Positions 23,549 through 33,127 of a stretch of 44,343 bases of DNA are shown here, in pieces; position 1 is the first letter of the stretch; each line of letters begins with the position of its first letter. This stretch comes from a virus. Its lineage: Duplodnaviria; Caudoviricetes. Under the pieces are notes generated by a model. That model saw only the letters and a program-made list of their open reading frames with translations. It had not been told where the DNA came from and ran no database searches. Location of the stretch: positions 1-44,343 of IMG/VR virus record IMGVR_UViG_3300043473_000203; one strand, given 5' to 3'. The position numbers and the translations under genes were made by a program.

Positions 23549-24748
23549 ATGCCCAATGTGCTGCTGACTATCAGCATGATTACGCGCGAAGCTCTGCGCG
23601 TCCTCGAAAACAACCTCACGTTCACCAAGCAGGTGAACCGCCAGTACGACGACAAGTTCGGCGTCGAGGGCGCGAAAATCGGCACGACCCTGAACGTTAG
23701 GAAGCCGCCGCGCTACATCGGCCGCACGGGACAGAACCTCGTGCCCGAGGACGCGGTGGAAACGCAGGTGCTGGTCACGCTGAACACGCAGTTCGGTGTG
23801 GACTTGACCTTCAGCTCGCAAGACCTCGCGCTGTCGATTGACGACTTCAGCGACCGGTTCATCAAGCCCGCCGTCGCCACGGTCGCCAACAAAATCGACG
23901 CGGACGGGCTCGCGCTGGCGGCGCAGATTGCCAACAGCGTCGGCGTGCCCGGTACGGTGCCGAACGCGCTGCTGACCTACCTGCTCGCGGGCGTGAAGCT
24001 GGACGAGAACGCGGCGCCGATGGACGGCCTGCGCAGCATCGTCATCAGCCCGATGATGCAGGCGACCATCGTGGACGCGCTCAAGGGCCTGTTCCAGCAG
24101 TCGAACGCGATTGCCGAGCAGTACATGCGCGGCCAGATGGGACGCGCCATCGGCTTCGACTGGTTCATGGACCAGAACGTGTCCACCATCACGGGCAGCA
24201 CCTTCAGCGGTGCCCCGGCGGTGACCACGGCGGCGCAGAGCGGCGCGACCATCAACACGAACGGCTGGACGAGCACCGCGCTCAAGAAGGGCACCGTCTT
24301 CACTATCGCGGGTGTCGGTGCGGTGAACCCGCAGAGTCGGGCGGCCACGGGCAGCCCGCAGCAGTTCGTGGTGACGGCGGACATCGCGGACACGGCGGGC
24401 GCCATCGCGCTGCCCATCAGCCCGGCGATTGTCGGCCCCGGCACGAGCGCGCAGAACGTGACGGCGCTGCCCGGCGCGGGCGCGCTGCTGACGGTCGTCG
24501 GGACGACCGGCGTCGCGTCTCCGACCGGTCTGGCGTTCCACCGCGATGCGTTCACGCTGGCCTGCGCGGACCTGCCGCTGCCCGGCGGCGTGGACATGGC
24601 GGCGCGCATCTCCGACAAGCAGCTCGGGATGTCGATTCGCATGATTCGGGCGTACGACATCAACACGGACCGGTTCCCCTGCCGCCTGGACATCCTCTAC
24701 GGATGGGCCGTGCTGCGCCAGGAGCTGGCCTGCCGCATCCAGTCCTAG
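23549..24748 (+). CDS. major capsid protein, P22 coat (gp5)-like
   Basis: MITREALRVLENNL, KIGTTLNVRKP, I-domain insertion, LAFHRDAF, RLDILYG. Confidence 0.95.
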   Translation: MPNVLLTISMITREALRVLENNLTFTKQVNRQYDDKFGVEGAKIGTTLNVRKPPRYIGRTGQNLVPEDAVETQVLVTLNTQFGVDLTFSSQDLALSIDDFSDRFIKPAVATVANKIDADGLALAAQIANSVGVPGTVPNALLTYLLAGVKLDENAAPMDGLRSIVISPMMQATIVDALKGLFQQSNAIAEQYMRGQMGRAIGFDWFMDQNVSTITGSTFSGAPAVTTAAQSGATINTNGWTSTALKKGTVFTIAGVGAVNPQSRAATGSPQQFVVTADIADTAGAIALPISPAIVGPGTSAQNVTALPGAGALLTVVGTTGVASPTGLAFHRDAFTLACADLPLPGGVDMAARISDKQLGMSIRMIRAYDINTDRFPCRLDILYGWAVLRQELACRIQS

Positions 24749-24782
24749 GTCGTTCTCGATTCGAGAATCTGGAATTCCCTTT

Positions 24783-24811
24783 GCCCGGCCACTGCGGTGG
24801 CCGGGTGTTTT
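24783..24811 (+). terminator. intrinsic terminator after capsid
   Basis: CCCGGCCAC-tgcg-GTGGCCGGG followed by TGTTTT. Confidence 0.75.
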
Positions 24812-24828
24812 CCCGTTAGGAGTGCCAC

Positions 24829-25137
24829 ATGGGTGTTCAGCTTCGAGAAGACCGATTCGGCGTCGTCAGCCTGCCACTAGTGGTGGGCGCGCTCGGCGGG
24901 ACCAGCGCGGTCGAGAAGGACCTGCCGTGCCCGGGGATTCGGGTCGGAGACTTCGTGCTCGTGAATCCAGGCGTGGCGACGGCGGGCGTGGCGTACACCG
25001 CGCGCGTCAGCGCCAACGACCTCATCAAGGTGAACTGCATCAACGTGACGGCGGGCTCGCCCAATCCCGGCACGGTGCAGATGTCGATTTTCTACTTCAG
25101 TCCTGAAGGCGGTCCGACCAAGAACGTTGTGCGCTGA
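24829..25137 (+). CDS. probable capsid decoration protein
   Basis: Small beta-rich protein (PGIRVGDFVLV, ARVSAND.I.V...N.T) right after coat; AGGAG SD. Confidence 0.6.
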   Translation: MGVQLREDRFGVVSLPLVVGALGGTSAVEKDLPCPGIRVGDFVLVNPGVATAGVAYTARVSANDLIKVNCINVTAGSPNPGTVQMSIFYFSPEGGPTKNVVR

Positions 25138-25146
25138 GGAGCCCTC

Positions 25147-25617
25147 GTGGACCAGTGGTATCCGAAGTGGATTTACGCGAGCGGGGGTCGAGCCAAGCAG
25201 GTCGAGTCCCCGGAAGCCGAGGCAGCGGAAGGACCGGGCTGGTATAGCCACCCCAGCTTCATCCCGTCCGGTCCGACGCTGCCGCCTGCGGCCGCTGCCC
25301 CGCCGGAGGTGTCACCGCCGCCGGTGGCCGCCGCTCCGGTGCCCATAGAGGAGGTCGAGGAAGTCGAGACGGCTCCGGAGCCGGAGTCCGCCGTCGAGGA
25401 GGAGGCGCCTGCGGAACCACCGCTGGACCCCGAGGAGCAGCTGCGGGCGTTCTGGGCCACCCCGGTGAGTGTCCTGACGGCGCAGTTCGCAGAGGTGCGG
25501 AACCTGGGGAAGTTGGAGGCGTTCCGGTCCCAGGAGGAACAGCGTCCAGGCGGCCCGCGCAAGACGGTCTTCGCGGCGCTCGACGCGCGGCAGCGGCAGG
25601 TCGAAAAGGGGCACTGA
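25147..25617 (+). CDS. virion-module hypothetical protein (YPKW N-terminus, RKTV helical C-terminus)
   Basis: GAGGAG SD; position after coat. Confidence 0.65.
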   Translation: MDQWYPKWIYASGGRAKQVESPEAEAAEGPGWYSHPSFIPSGPTLPPAAAAPPEVSPPPVAAAPVPIEEVEEVETAPEPESAVEEEAPAEPPLDPEEQLRAFWATPVSVLTAQFAEVRNLGKLEAFRSQEEQRPGGPRKTVFAALDARQRQVEKGH

Positions 25618-25618
25618 C

Positions 25619-26431
25619 GTGTCGTTCCCAGCGGTCCTGCACAACCACCAGTACGTGGTGCCCAACGCCGGGGGCACGGGCACGGGGGGCGGCTCCGGCG
25701 CGGCGGACAGCGTGCTGGTGGAGTCACTAGGCGGCTGGGCGGATGGGCCGTGGGCGCTCCTGGGCGTCTCGGACAAAGACGGCGTGCTGACGGGCATCAC
25801 GGTGCGGCCCGGGCAGAAGCAGGGCAACAACTGGTTCGAGATAGACGTGCGGTGTGGCAGCACGATTCTCGCGACGTTCAAGGGCCTGGAGGAAAGCGGC
25901 GGCTTCACCGGCATCGACTCCGGGGAACAGCTGCTGCACATGCCGCTCGCGATAGCCATTGCGGGGATTCGCGCGGGCATCCCGATTGAAGCGCGCCTGC
26001 GCAAAGCCGCTGGCGCGGGCGCCCCGTGGGCGGTCGCCGCGACGTTTCTCGTGCTGCCCATCGTCGGGGACATCGACATCACGACCAATCCGCAGCGGGT
26101 GCTGCCGTCTCGCGCGCAGGGTGCGTACCTCGACACCGCCGCGTGGGCCAACAGCCCGACGGTGGAATTAGAGAGCAGCGGCGACCGCTACGTCACGGGG
26201 ATAGCCTGCCGGTTGGGCGCGGCGGTGGGGGAAATCGACATTGGCACCGGCGACACGGTGCTCGCGACGTTCGCCACCGGTTCCGCCTACGGCTTCGGCT
26301 ACCTGTTCTTCCTGGGCATGATTGCCCCGGTGCGGGTGACGGGCGCGCTGCGGGTGCGGGCGCGCGTGAACGGCGGCACGCGCATCCAGGTCGCGCTGTC
26401 GGTGATAGACGCCCCGCTGGTCTTGGACTGA
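25619..26431 (+). CDS. two-domain beta-sandwich virion-associated protein
   Basis: Internal duplication; paralogous to the next gene. Confidence 0.6.
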   Translation: MSFPAVLHNHQYVVPNAGGTGTGGGSGAADSVLVESLGGWADGPWALLGVSDKDGVLTGITVRPGQKQGNNWFEIDVRCGSTILATFKGLEESGGFTGIDSGEQLLHMPLAIAIAGIRAGIPIEARLRKAAGAGAPWAVAATFLVLPIVGDIDITTNPQRVLPSRAQGAYLDTAAWANSPTVELESSGDRYVTGIACRLGAAVGEIDIGTGDTVLATFATGSAYGFGYLFFLGMIAPVRVTGALRVRARVNGGTRIQVALSVIDAPLVLD

Positions 26432-26434
26432 CCC

Positions 26435-27547
26435 GTGCGATACCGGCGCCTGCTCAATCCACAGCTCCCCGGGACCGTCAGTTCGGCCCCGGTGATGTTC
26501 ACAGCTGGGGGCACGTATCCGCCAGGGCCTGGGGATTCTGGTGTGCTCCTGGCGGTCGGTCCGTCGCCCGGCGGGGTGTGGACGTTCCCGCCGACGTGGG
26601 CGACGCTGGTGGAGTCCACGCCGGGACCGTGCGCGCTACTCGGGTTCACCTTCCGAAACGGCACGTTCGTCGGGGAGTCGGAGTTTCAGCTCGCCGTGGG
26701 TCCGGTGGGGGCCGAGCAAGACATTGGCCTCGTGCATCTGGTGACGCCGAATAGCGGCGTCGGCGGCCTGACCACGTATTACCTGCCGATTCCGATTCGG
26801 GTCGATGACCACCAGCGCATCTCGATTCGGGGGCGCGGCGGCGTCGGCGGCGGTGCGCCCAACATGGAGCTGATTTACGCGGGCGGGTTCGACACCGACG
26901 ACTTCAGCTACTTCACGCGGTCGAAGCTCACGGCGATGCCGCTGGGCACCCGCTTCGTGCCGGGGGTCGGCAACGTGTCGGGGGGCTATCCCCTGACGCC
27001 GCACCCGGATAAGTGGGGCAATTCCGAGTGGGTGGAGTTCCTGACGGGGCTTGAGACGGAGGAGTCCGCGATTGTCGGCTTGACGACGGGCAATGCGTAT
27101 GCCCCGTGTGACATCGAGTTCGACATCGGGTTCGGGGCCGCGACGCACGAAACCACGATGACGACGCTGCGGGGCGCCTCGCAGGCGGGGGGTGGGCGTC
27201 TGCAGTTCCTGCACCTGCCCGGCGCGCTCCCGGTCGAGATTGGCGAGCGGGTATCCGTGCGGATGCGGCTGTCGGTCATCGGCGGCGCGCCGCCGCCTTC
27301 GACGGCGAAATGCAACGTCACGTTGCTCTACTACACGGACCTCGCCAACGACGGGTTGCCTATTTGGCCTCCGCCTCCAGGTGACGGCGGCGGGGACGGG
27401 GACGGCGACGGTGATGGCGACGGGGATGGGGAGCCTCCGGTGGAGCCTCCGGTGAATCCGCCCGGCCCTTCTGGGTGGGGCGGCGCGGGGCGAGGCCTGG
27501 ACATCTGTAACGACAGGGTCGGCGCCTACGCGCCGTGGGCGAGGTAG
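26435..27547 (+). CDS. two-domain beta-sandwich virion-associated protein with (GD)n/Pro tail
   Basis: W.NS.WVE...EFDIG.G...ERVSVR.R domain; low-complexity tail. Confidence 0.6.
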   Translation: MRYRRLLNPQLPGTVSSAPVMFTAGGTYPPGPGDSGVLLAVGPSPGGVWTFPPTWATLVESTPGPCALLGFTFRNGTFVGESEFQLAVGPVGAEQDIGLVHLVTPNSGVGGLTTYYLPIPIRVDDHQRISIRGRGGVGGGAPNMELIYAGGFDTDDFSYFTRSKLTAMPLGTRFVPGVGNVSGGYPLTPHPDKWGNSEWVEFLTGLETEESAIVGLTTGNAYAPCDIEFDIGFGAATHETTMTTLRGASQAGGGRLQFLHLPGALPVEIGERVSVRMRLSVIGGAPPPSTAKCNVTLLYYTDLANDGLPIWPPPPGDGGGDGDGDGDGDGDGEPPVEPPVNPPGPSGWGGAGRGLDICNDRVGAYAPWAR

Positions 27548-27550
27548 CGC

Positions 27551-28285
27551 ATGCAGGCCTTTCACATCATCACGCGCGGCATGCGGCTGATTGGCGCCAT
27601 TGCGGCCAACGAAGTGCCGAAGGCGGCCGAGTCCCGCGACGGGTTCAACGCGCTCAACGACATGGTGGAGGCCTGGGCGCTGGAGCCGCTGCTGGTCTAC
27701 GTCATCAAGACGTCCGAGTATGTGATGACGCCTGGAAAGGCGACCTACACGATTGGTGCGGTGGTGCCGGTGGACTGGGCTGCGCCGTCGCGCCCGACCG
27801 GGATGGGGATTCGGAACATGACGGTCGTGCCGGTGTCGGCGCCGGACCAGCCCGAGCTCCCGCTGGAGATGCTCGACGCGGACCAGTGGACGGATGTCCG
27901 ACTGAAATCGACCGGGAGCACCTTCCCGACGATGGTGCGCTACGAGCCGTCGATGCCCAACGGGACCCTGATGTTCTGGCCGGTCCCGACCGAGGCGGCG
28001 CACATCAAGGTCTACCAGCCGTCGGTGCTGCAGAAGTTCCGGGACCTGACGACGGAATACGACTTCCCGCCCGGCTACGCCCGGATGCTGGCGTTCAATC
28101 TGGCGAGTGAGCTGTCCGCCGAATTCGGCCGCCCGGTGCCGCCGGAGGTGGAGGCGAAGGCGTCGGAATACAAGGGCAACGTCAAGCGCGGCAACATCAG
28201 CACGCAGGACAGCACGTTGCGCGTGGATGACGCGCTGCTGTCGCGCGGCGGCCGCTTCGACTACCGGACCGGGGACAGCAGGTGA
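27551..28285 (+). CDS. head-tail adaptor, P22 gp4-like
   Basis: II..MRLIG...DGFNALNDMVEAW, FPPGYARML.FNLA.EL..EFG. Confidence 0.8.
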   Translation: MQAFHIITRGMRLIGAIAANEVPKAAESRDGFNALNDMVEAWALEPLLVYVIKTSEYVMTPGKATYTIGAVVPVDWAAPSRPTGMGIRNMTVVPVSAPDQPELPLEMLDADQWTDVRLKSTGSTFPTMVRYEPSMPNGTLMFWPVPTEAAHIKVYQPSVLQKFRDLTTEYDFPPGYARMLAFNLASELSAEFGRPVPPEVEAKASEYKGNVKRGNISTQDSTLRVDDALLSRGGRFDYRTGDSR

Positions 28286-29775
28286 AGGTTCCTGGTTTTA
28301 TCGGAGGCGCGTACACGAGCCAGTCTCCGAACGCGGACGCGGAGAAGTGCCTCAACCTCTACCCGGAGATGACGCAGCCCGGGAATGCGAAGAGCCCCAT
28401 CGTGCTCTACGCGACGCCAGGACTGCGCCGGTTCACGAAAATCGGGAACGACCCCGTGCGGGCGATGAACTACCTGAACGACCGCTACTTCGCGGTGGCG
28501 GGCGACAAGTTCGTGGAGTTGCGCGCGGACGGTACGTTCGCCACCTGGGGCACGGTCGTCAACGACAACCTGCCCGCGAGCCTGAGCGCCAACGGCAACG
28601 TCTCGAACCAAGTTTTCATCGTCAGCGGGGGCCACGGCTACCTCTTCTACACCGGCGACAGCCAGACTGACTACCACCCGGGCACGCCGGTGCCGGGGGC
28701 GCCGAGCTCACCGGTGCTCAAGGACACGTTCCTGGAGATTCCGGACGAGGACTTTCCGGTCGGCGCGAAGATGGGCGGCTACACCGATTCCTACTTCTTC
28801 GCGCTGCGGGCCGACGGCATCTCCGTGCAGTTCTCCGCGCTGAGCGACGGCCAGCTGTGGGACGGGCTCGACGTGCTGCAGCGGCAAAAGACGCCGGACA
28901 GCACGCGGTGCATGTTCGTGTCGCAGTCGGAAATCTGGCTCTTCGGCGGCCTGAACACCGAAATCTGGGTCCACACGGGCAACGCGGACACGCCGTTCGA
29001 GCCGCTGCCGGGCACCATCATCCCCATCGGTATCGCCAGTCCCTATGCGGCGGTCAAGGTCGGGGACCTCATCGCGTGGTTCAGCGCGGACATCTCCGGC
29101 GATTCCATCTTCTACGTGGCGCCCCAGTACAAGCCGCAGCGGATGAGTACCCACGCCGTCGAGGCGGCATGGCGGCGCTACACGACGGTGCAGGACGTCG
29201 AGTGCTTCGCCTACCAGAGTGAGGGGCACACCTTCGCGCAGCTGAACTTCCCGAGCGCGAAGGCGACGTGGGTCTTCGACTTGGCGACGCAGCTGTGGCA
29301 CGAGCGCGCCTACCGGAACCCTGTCAACAACGAGCTGGAGTGCCACCTCGCGCGCAACCACGTTTTCGCGTTCAACCGCCATCTGGTCGGCAGCCGTCGC
29401 GACGGGACGGTCTACCACATGTCGAACCAGCACACGAGCGACGACAACGCGCGGATTCTGCGGGTGCGGCGCAGCGCGCACACGAGCGAGGAGCTCCAGA
29501 TGCTCTTCTTCTCGTACTTCCAGCTGGACTTCCAGGCGGGGGTCGGCGGTATCGAGTGCAACCCGCAAATCATGCTGCGCTGGAGCGACGACGGCGGCCA
29601 CGTTTGGAACGAGGAGCAGTGGGAGAGCGCCGGTGCGCAGGGGGAGTATTCCTGGCGCGCGATGTGGCGGCGGCTCGGGAAAAGCCGTGAGCGCATCTGG
29701 GAAATCTCGATGACGGAGAACGTCTACTGGTGCCTGATTGACGCCTACTGCGGCGTGACGAAGGGCATGAGCTGA
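28282..29775 (+). CDS. tail hub / DNA stabilisation protein, P22 gp10-like
   Basis: CLNLYPE, TPGL, Y...GH.F..L.FPS...TWVFD.AT.LWHER, MLRWSDDGGH.W, WRRLG..R.R. Confidence 0.9.
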   Translation: MKVPGFIGGAYTSQSPNADAEKCLNLYPEMTQPGNAKSPIVLYATPGLRRFTKIGNDPVRAMNYLNDRYFAVAGDKFVELRADGTFATWGTVVNDNLPASLSANGNVSNQVFIVSGGHGYLFYTGDSQTDYHPGTPVPGAPSSPVLKDTFLEIPDEDFPVGAKMGGYTDSYFFALRADGISVQFSALSDGQLWDGLDVLQRQKTPDSTRCMFVSQSEIWLFGGLNTEIWVHTGNADTPFEPLPGTIIPIGIASPYAAVKVGDLIAWFSADISGDSIFYVAPQYKPQRMSTHAVEAAWRRYTTVQDVECFAYQSEGHTFAQLNFPSAKATWVFDLATQLWHERAYRNPVNNELECHLARNHVFAFNRHLVGSRRDGTVYHMSNQHTSDDNARILRVRRSAHTSEELQMLFFSYFQLDFQAGVGGIECNPQIMLRWSDDGGHVWNEEQWESAGAQGEYSWRAMWRRLGKSRERIWEISMTENVYWCLIDAYCGVTKGMS

Positions 29776-30374
29776 TGGCGCTGCCGCCCTGGCAACCCTA
29801 CCCGAAACGCGTCGCCCTGGTGGACCGGGAGACGCTCGCGGCCTCGCGCCCGATGGTCGCGTGGATGGACGGCGTCGAGCGGTCGGTCACCGAGGGCACC
29901 GTCGGCCCGGCCGGGCCGCCCGGTGCGCAGGGGCCGACCGGCGCGACCGGTCCGCAGGGGATTCCTGGCAACACCGGCCCGGTCGGTCCGGAAGGGCCGC
30001 CCGGCACGGGCATCGAGATTCTGGGCACGGTCCCGAGCGCGCCGGGCGACCTGCCGATGCCGGGGGCGCCTGGGGACGGCTGGATAAGCGCCGACACGGG
30101 CCATGTGTGGTTCTGGGACGAAGACGCGGGCGCCTGGGTGGACGTGGGCATGATTACCGGCCCGCCCGGCCCCCAGGGCCCGCAGGGCGTGCCTGGGCCG
30201 CAAGGCGCGACCGGTCCGGCCGGACCGCAGGGGATTCAGGGCCCGCCCGGCACCGGCACCGGCGGCGGGGGCACTGGTCTGGACCACGTCGTGATGAGCG
30301 ACGGGGCCCTGGTGGGCACGCTGCCGCTCAACGACGGCGCGGGCAATTTCATCTACATCCCCTACGTGCCCTAG
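29775..30374 (+). CDS. collagen-like tail protein (gp26 position)
   Basis: Two GXY runs flanking a small Trp-containing domain. Confidence 0.75.
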   Translation: MALPPWQPYPKRVALVDRETLAASRPMVAWMDGVERSVTEGTVGPAGPPGAQGPTGATGPQGIPGNTGPVGPEGPPGTGIEILGTVPSAPGDLPMPGAPGDGWISADTGHVWFWDEDAGAWVDVGMITGPPGPQGPQGVPGPQGATGPAGPQGIQGPPGTGTGGGGTGLDHVVMSDGALVGTLPLNDGAGNFIYIPYVP

Positions 30375-31202
30375 ATGAGTGATACCGCCTTCCCGACCTA
30401 CCAGCACTACGGCACGGCCGCCGAGCGGACGGCATTCGTTCCGGACCCACCGCCGGGGGTGCCGGTCATCTATACGTGGTTCGAGACGGACACGGCGCTA
30501 GCGTTCGTCTACGCAGGCGGGACGTGGTATCCGCTTGCGACTCCGCCGCCGCCCGCACTGACCGGGCTGAGTGGCGATGTGCTCGCTGGCCCCGGCTCCG
30601 GGGTCGTGCCGTCCGTGCTTGCAGCGTCCGGTGTCGCGCCCGGGACGTACACGTTCGCCTCAGTGCAGGTGGACGCCAAGGGGCGCGTGGTGAACGCGAG
30701 CAGCGGGTCGCTGCCGTCGATTCCGCCCCCTGCAATTACGGAGTTGACCGGGCCGGTGACGGCTGGGCCCGGCTCCGGGGCCGTTGCCAGCGTGATTCAG
30801 CCGGGCGTGGTGACGCCTGCGATGCAGACCGCCGTCGGGCGCGCGGGGGCGTTGTCGTTGCTGTTCGAGAGCCCCACGCCGCTGGCCGTGGGCTACAAGG
30901 CCATCGTGCGGGTTCCGGCGGGGCTGACGCTGAACCGGTGGAGCGTGATGGCGCTGGAGGTGGGGAACATCCGGTTCGGCCTCTACGCCGACGCGCCAGG
31001 GACGACCTATCCGCCCGCGACGTCCATTGTTGCCGCTGAATTCCCCGAGCTGACCGGTGGCGCGTCGCGGTTCCGCGACAGCGTGACGCTGACCGGGTGG
31101 ACCCCGGTTGTGCCTGCGCTGCACTGCCTGGGCGTCGAAGTGCTCACCACGTCCGGCGCCATCAAGACCGTGACGCTGCAGCTCGACTACGCGAGGAACT
31201 AA
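30375..31202 (+). CDS. short tail-fibre-like protein
   Basis: QHYGT.AER adaptor; LTG.V.AGPGSG repeats; SGV.PGTY....VDAKGRV motif. Confidence 0.7.
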   Translation: MSDTAFPTYQHYGTAAERTAFVPDPPPGVPVIYTWFETDTALAFVYAGGTWYPLATPPPPALTGLSGDVLAGPGSGVVPSVLAASGVAPGTYTFASVQVDAKGRVVNASSGSLPSIPPPAITELTGPVTAGPGSGAVASVIQPGVVTPAMQTAVGRAGALSLLFESPTPLAVGYKAIVRVPAGLTLNRWSVMALEVGNIRFGLYADAPGTTYPPATSIVAAEFPELTGGASRFRDSVTLTGWTPVVPALHCLGVEVLTTSGAIKTVTLQLDYARN

Positions 31203-31204
31203 GC

Positions 31205-32254
31205 ATGGCGCTGAAGCACACGGAGTCGTTCGAGATTAGCCAGAGCAACACCGGGAAATACCCGACCAATTACGGTGGGTTCAACCCGACGCCCGGCCGG
31301 ACTGGGAATGCTGGGTATCTGAACGGCGGGGACCTCTTCTCGAAAGACCTCGACGCGGGCATTTTCACGAAGTTCTACGGCTTCGCGTTCAAGATGACCG
31401 ACGTGAAGGGGTCGGACACGCAGATATTCAGCGTGGGCGAGACGCTCGTGCAGACGTCGTTCGCGCTTGTGCCAGTCCACGTCTCGATTTACGTGACGCC
31501 GGGGCGGCTCTTGAAAGTGACCCGTGGGCTGAATGTCGCCACCCTCGCCACGGGGACGACCCCGCTTACGCCCGATTCGTTCTACTACATCGAATTGAAG
31601 GTGAAGTGCCACAGCACGCTCGGGGAGATTGAGCTGCACCTGGACACCTTGACCGAAATCGCCCCGCTGACGGGTCAGAACACCCGGAACGCCGGTGCGG
31701 GCGTGATTCCAGCGTTTCAGCTGCACTGGCCTGCCGGGACGTGGCAGTTCGATGACCTGTATGTCTGCGACGACCAGGGGCCCATCAACAACACGTTCCG
31801 GGGCCTGTGCGCGGTGCAGACGCGCGATGCGGTGACGGATGTGAGTTCGGGCGGCGGTGGGGGCATGAAGGACTGGACGCCGTCCGCTGGTACCGACCAC
31901 GGCGCGCTCGTGGACGAGGTGACCCCGAATGGGGATACCGACTTCGTGGCCTCGAACACGCCGGGGCACATCGACACCTTCAAGATGCAGCCCATCACCG
32001 TCCCGGGCACCGCTGTCGCGGGGGTGCTGGTGTACCACCAAGCCAGGAAGACGGACGTCGGCGTTCGGACGATGAACAGCGCCTGTCGCATCGGCGGCAC
32101 GAACTACGTCTCCCCGAGCCCGGACCAAGCGCTCGTGACCTCGTACACCATTCCGGTGCCGAGCGTCTTCGACGTGGACCCTAGCACGGGGTCGGCCTGG
32201 GCCTCGCAGGCGGCGGTCAACGCGGCGGAGTTCGGGCCGAAGCTGGTCGCGTAG
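31205..32254 (+). CDS. lectin/LamG-like virion protein
   Basis: Beta-rich; YYIELKV, FDDLYVCD, VN.AEFG terminus. Confidence 0.65.
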   Translation: MALKHTESFEISQSNTGKYPTNYGGFNPTPGRTGNAGYLNGGDLFSKDLDAGIFTKFYGFAFKMTDVKGSDTQIFSVGETLVQTSFALVPVHVSIYVTPGRLLKVTRGLNVATLATGTTPLTPDSFYYIELKVKCHSTLGEIELHLDTLTEIAPLTGQNTRNAGAGVIPAFQLHWPAGTWQFDDLYVCDDQGPINNTFRGLCAVQTRDAVTDVSSGGGGGMKDWTPSAGTDHGALVDEVTPNGDTDFVASNTPGHIDTFKMQPITVPGTAVAGVLVYHQARKTDVGVRTMNSACRIGGTNYVSPSPDQALVTSYTIPVPSVFDVDPSTGSAWASQAAVNAAEFGPKLVA

Positions 32255-32257
32255 CCC

Positions 32258-33127
32258 ATGCCTGTTGTTAGCAGCACCGGGTCTTCCGGTCACACGTCGG
32301 CAGCGTCTGCTGCGAGTTTGACGTTCCCCCATACGTCAAACGGTGACCCGCTCTTCGTGTTCATCGAAGGGAACCCTCCTCCCGCGTCATTTTCAGTGAC
32401 GTACGGGGGCGTGCCGCTGACGTTGTTAGGGACGGGGACGGTGACGGTGCGCTTTGAAGTGCATATGTTGCCGAGTCCCACGCCCGGCACGGCCAATGTG
32501 GTCATTACGCCTTCCGCCAGCGCGTTTATGACCGCTGGGGCGTTCAACGTGTCCGGGGTGGACCTGGATGGTCCGCTGCGAAATCTCACCTTCGCGTCCG
32601 GAAGTGGCACGACGCCGAGCGTCACGGTGCCCAGTGCTGTGGGGGACCTTGTCGTCGCGATGGTGCTGACGAGCGTCGCCATCACGTTCACACCGGGCGC
32701 AGGCCAAACCGGAATATGGGCGCAAAACGGGGTGAATACCCACCAGAGCGCCGGGAGTTCCAAGGCTGGTGCCGCGTCGGTGGTGATGTCCTCGACGTTG
32801 TCGGGGTCGAGTGGGTGGTGGACGGCGGGCTTCTCGATTCCCGCCGACGGCACGGTGCCTGGGAACAGTGCCCGGGTATCGAAGAGCAATATCGACGTGC
32901 TGCAGCAGCAGGCGTTGAACCCGATTGCGCGCGTCACGAAGACCTCGATAGATGTGCTGCAGCGCCAAGCGGTGAACCCGAGCGCACGGGTGTCGAAGAC
33001 GTCGATTGACGTGCTGCAAACGCAGGGCTCGCTGAACCCGGTGGCGCGGGTGTCGAAGACGTCCATCGACGTGCTGGTTCTACAGGCGCCGGTCGGCGGC
33101 GAAACCGTGCAGGTGGTGTGGCAGTGA
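32258..33127 (+). CDS. virion-associated protein with four C-terminal ARV(S/T)K..IDVL repeats
   Basis: Ser/Thr-rich beta domains plus tandem repeats. Confidence 0.7.
   Translation: MPVVSSTGSSGHTSAASAASLTFPHTSNGDPLFVFIEGNPPPASFSVTYGGVPLTLLGTGTVTVRFEVHMLPSPTPGTANVVITPSASAFMTAGAFNVSGVDLDGPLRNLTFASGSGTTPSVTVPSAVGDLVVAMVLTSVAITFTPGAGQTGIWAQNGVNTHQSAGSSKAGAASVVMSSTLSGSSGWWTAGFSIPADGTVPGNSARVSKSNIDVLQQQALNPIARVTKTSIDVLQRQAVNPSARVSKTSIDVLQTQGSLNPVARVSKTSIDVLVLQAPVGGETVQVVWQ
32869..33080 (+). repeat. four ~57-60 nt coding tandem repeats
   Basis: ARVSKSNIDVL, ARVTKTSIDVL, ARVSKTSIDVL twice. Confidence 0.8.

Noticed and set aside
29775-31202. Amber recoding or read-through suggested by in-frame TAG-ATG junctions (also 3581, 15112, 37384)
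   Set aside because: Coat and portal end at TAG at their expected C-termini, TAA-ATG junctions also occur, and no suppressor tRNA is visible.
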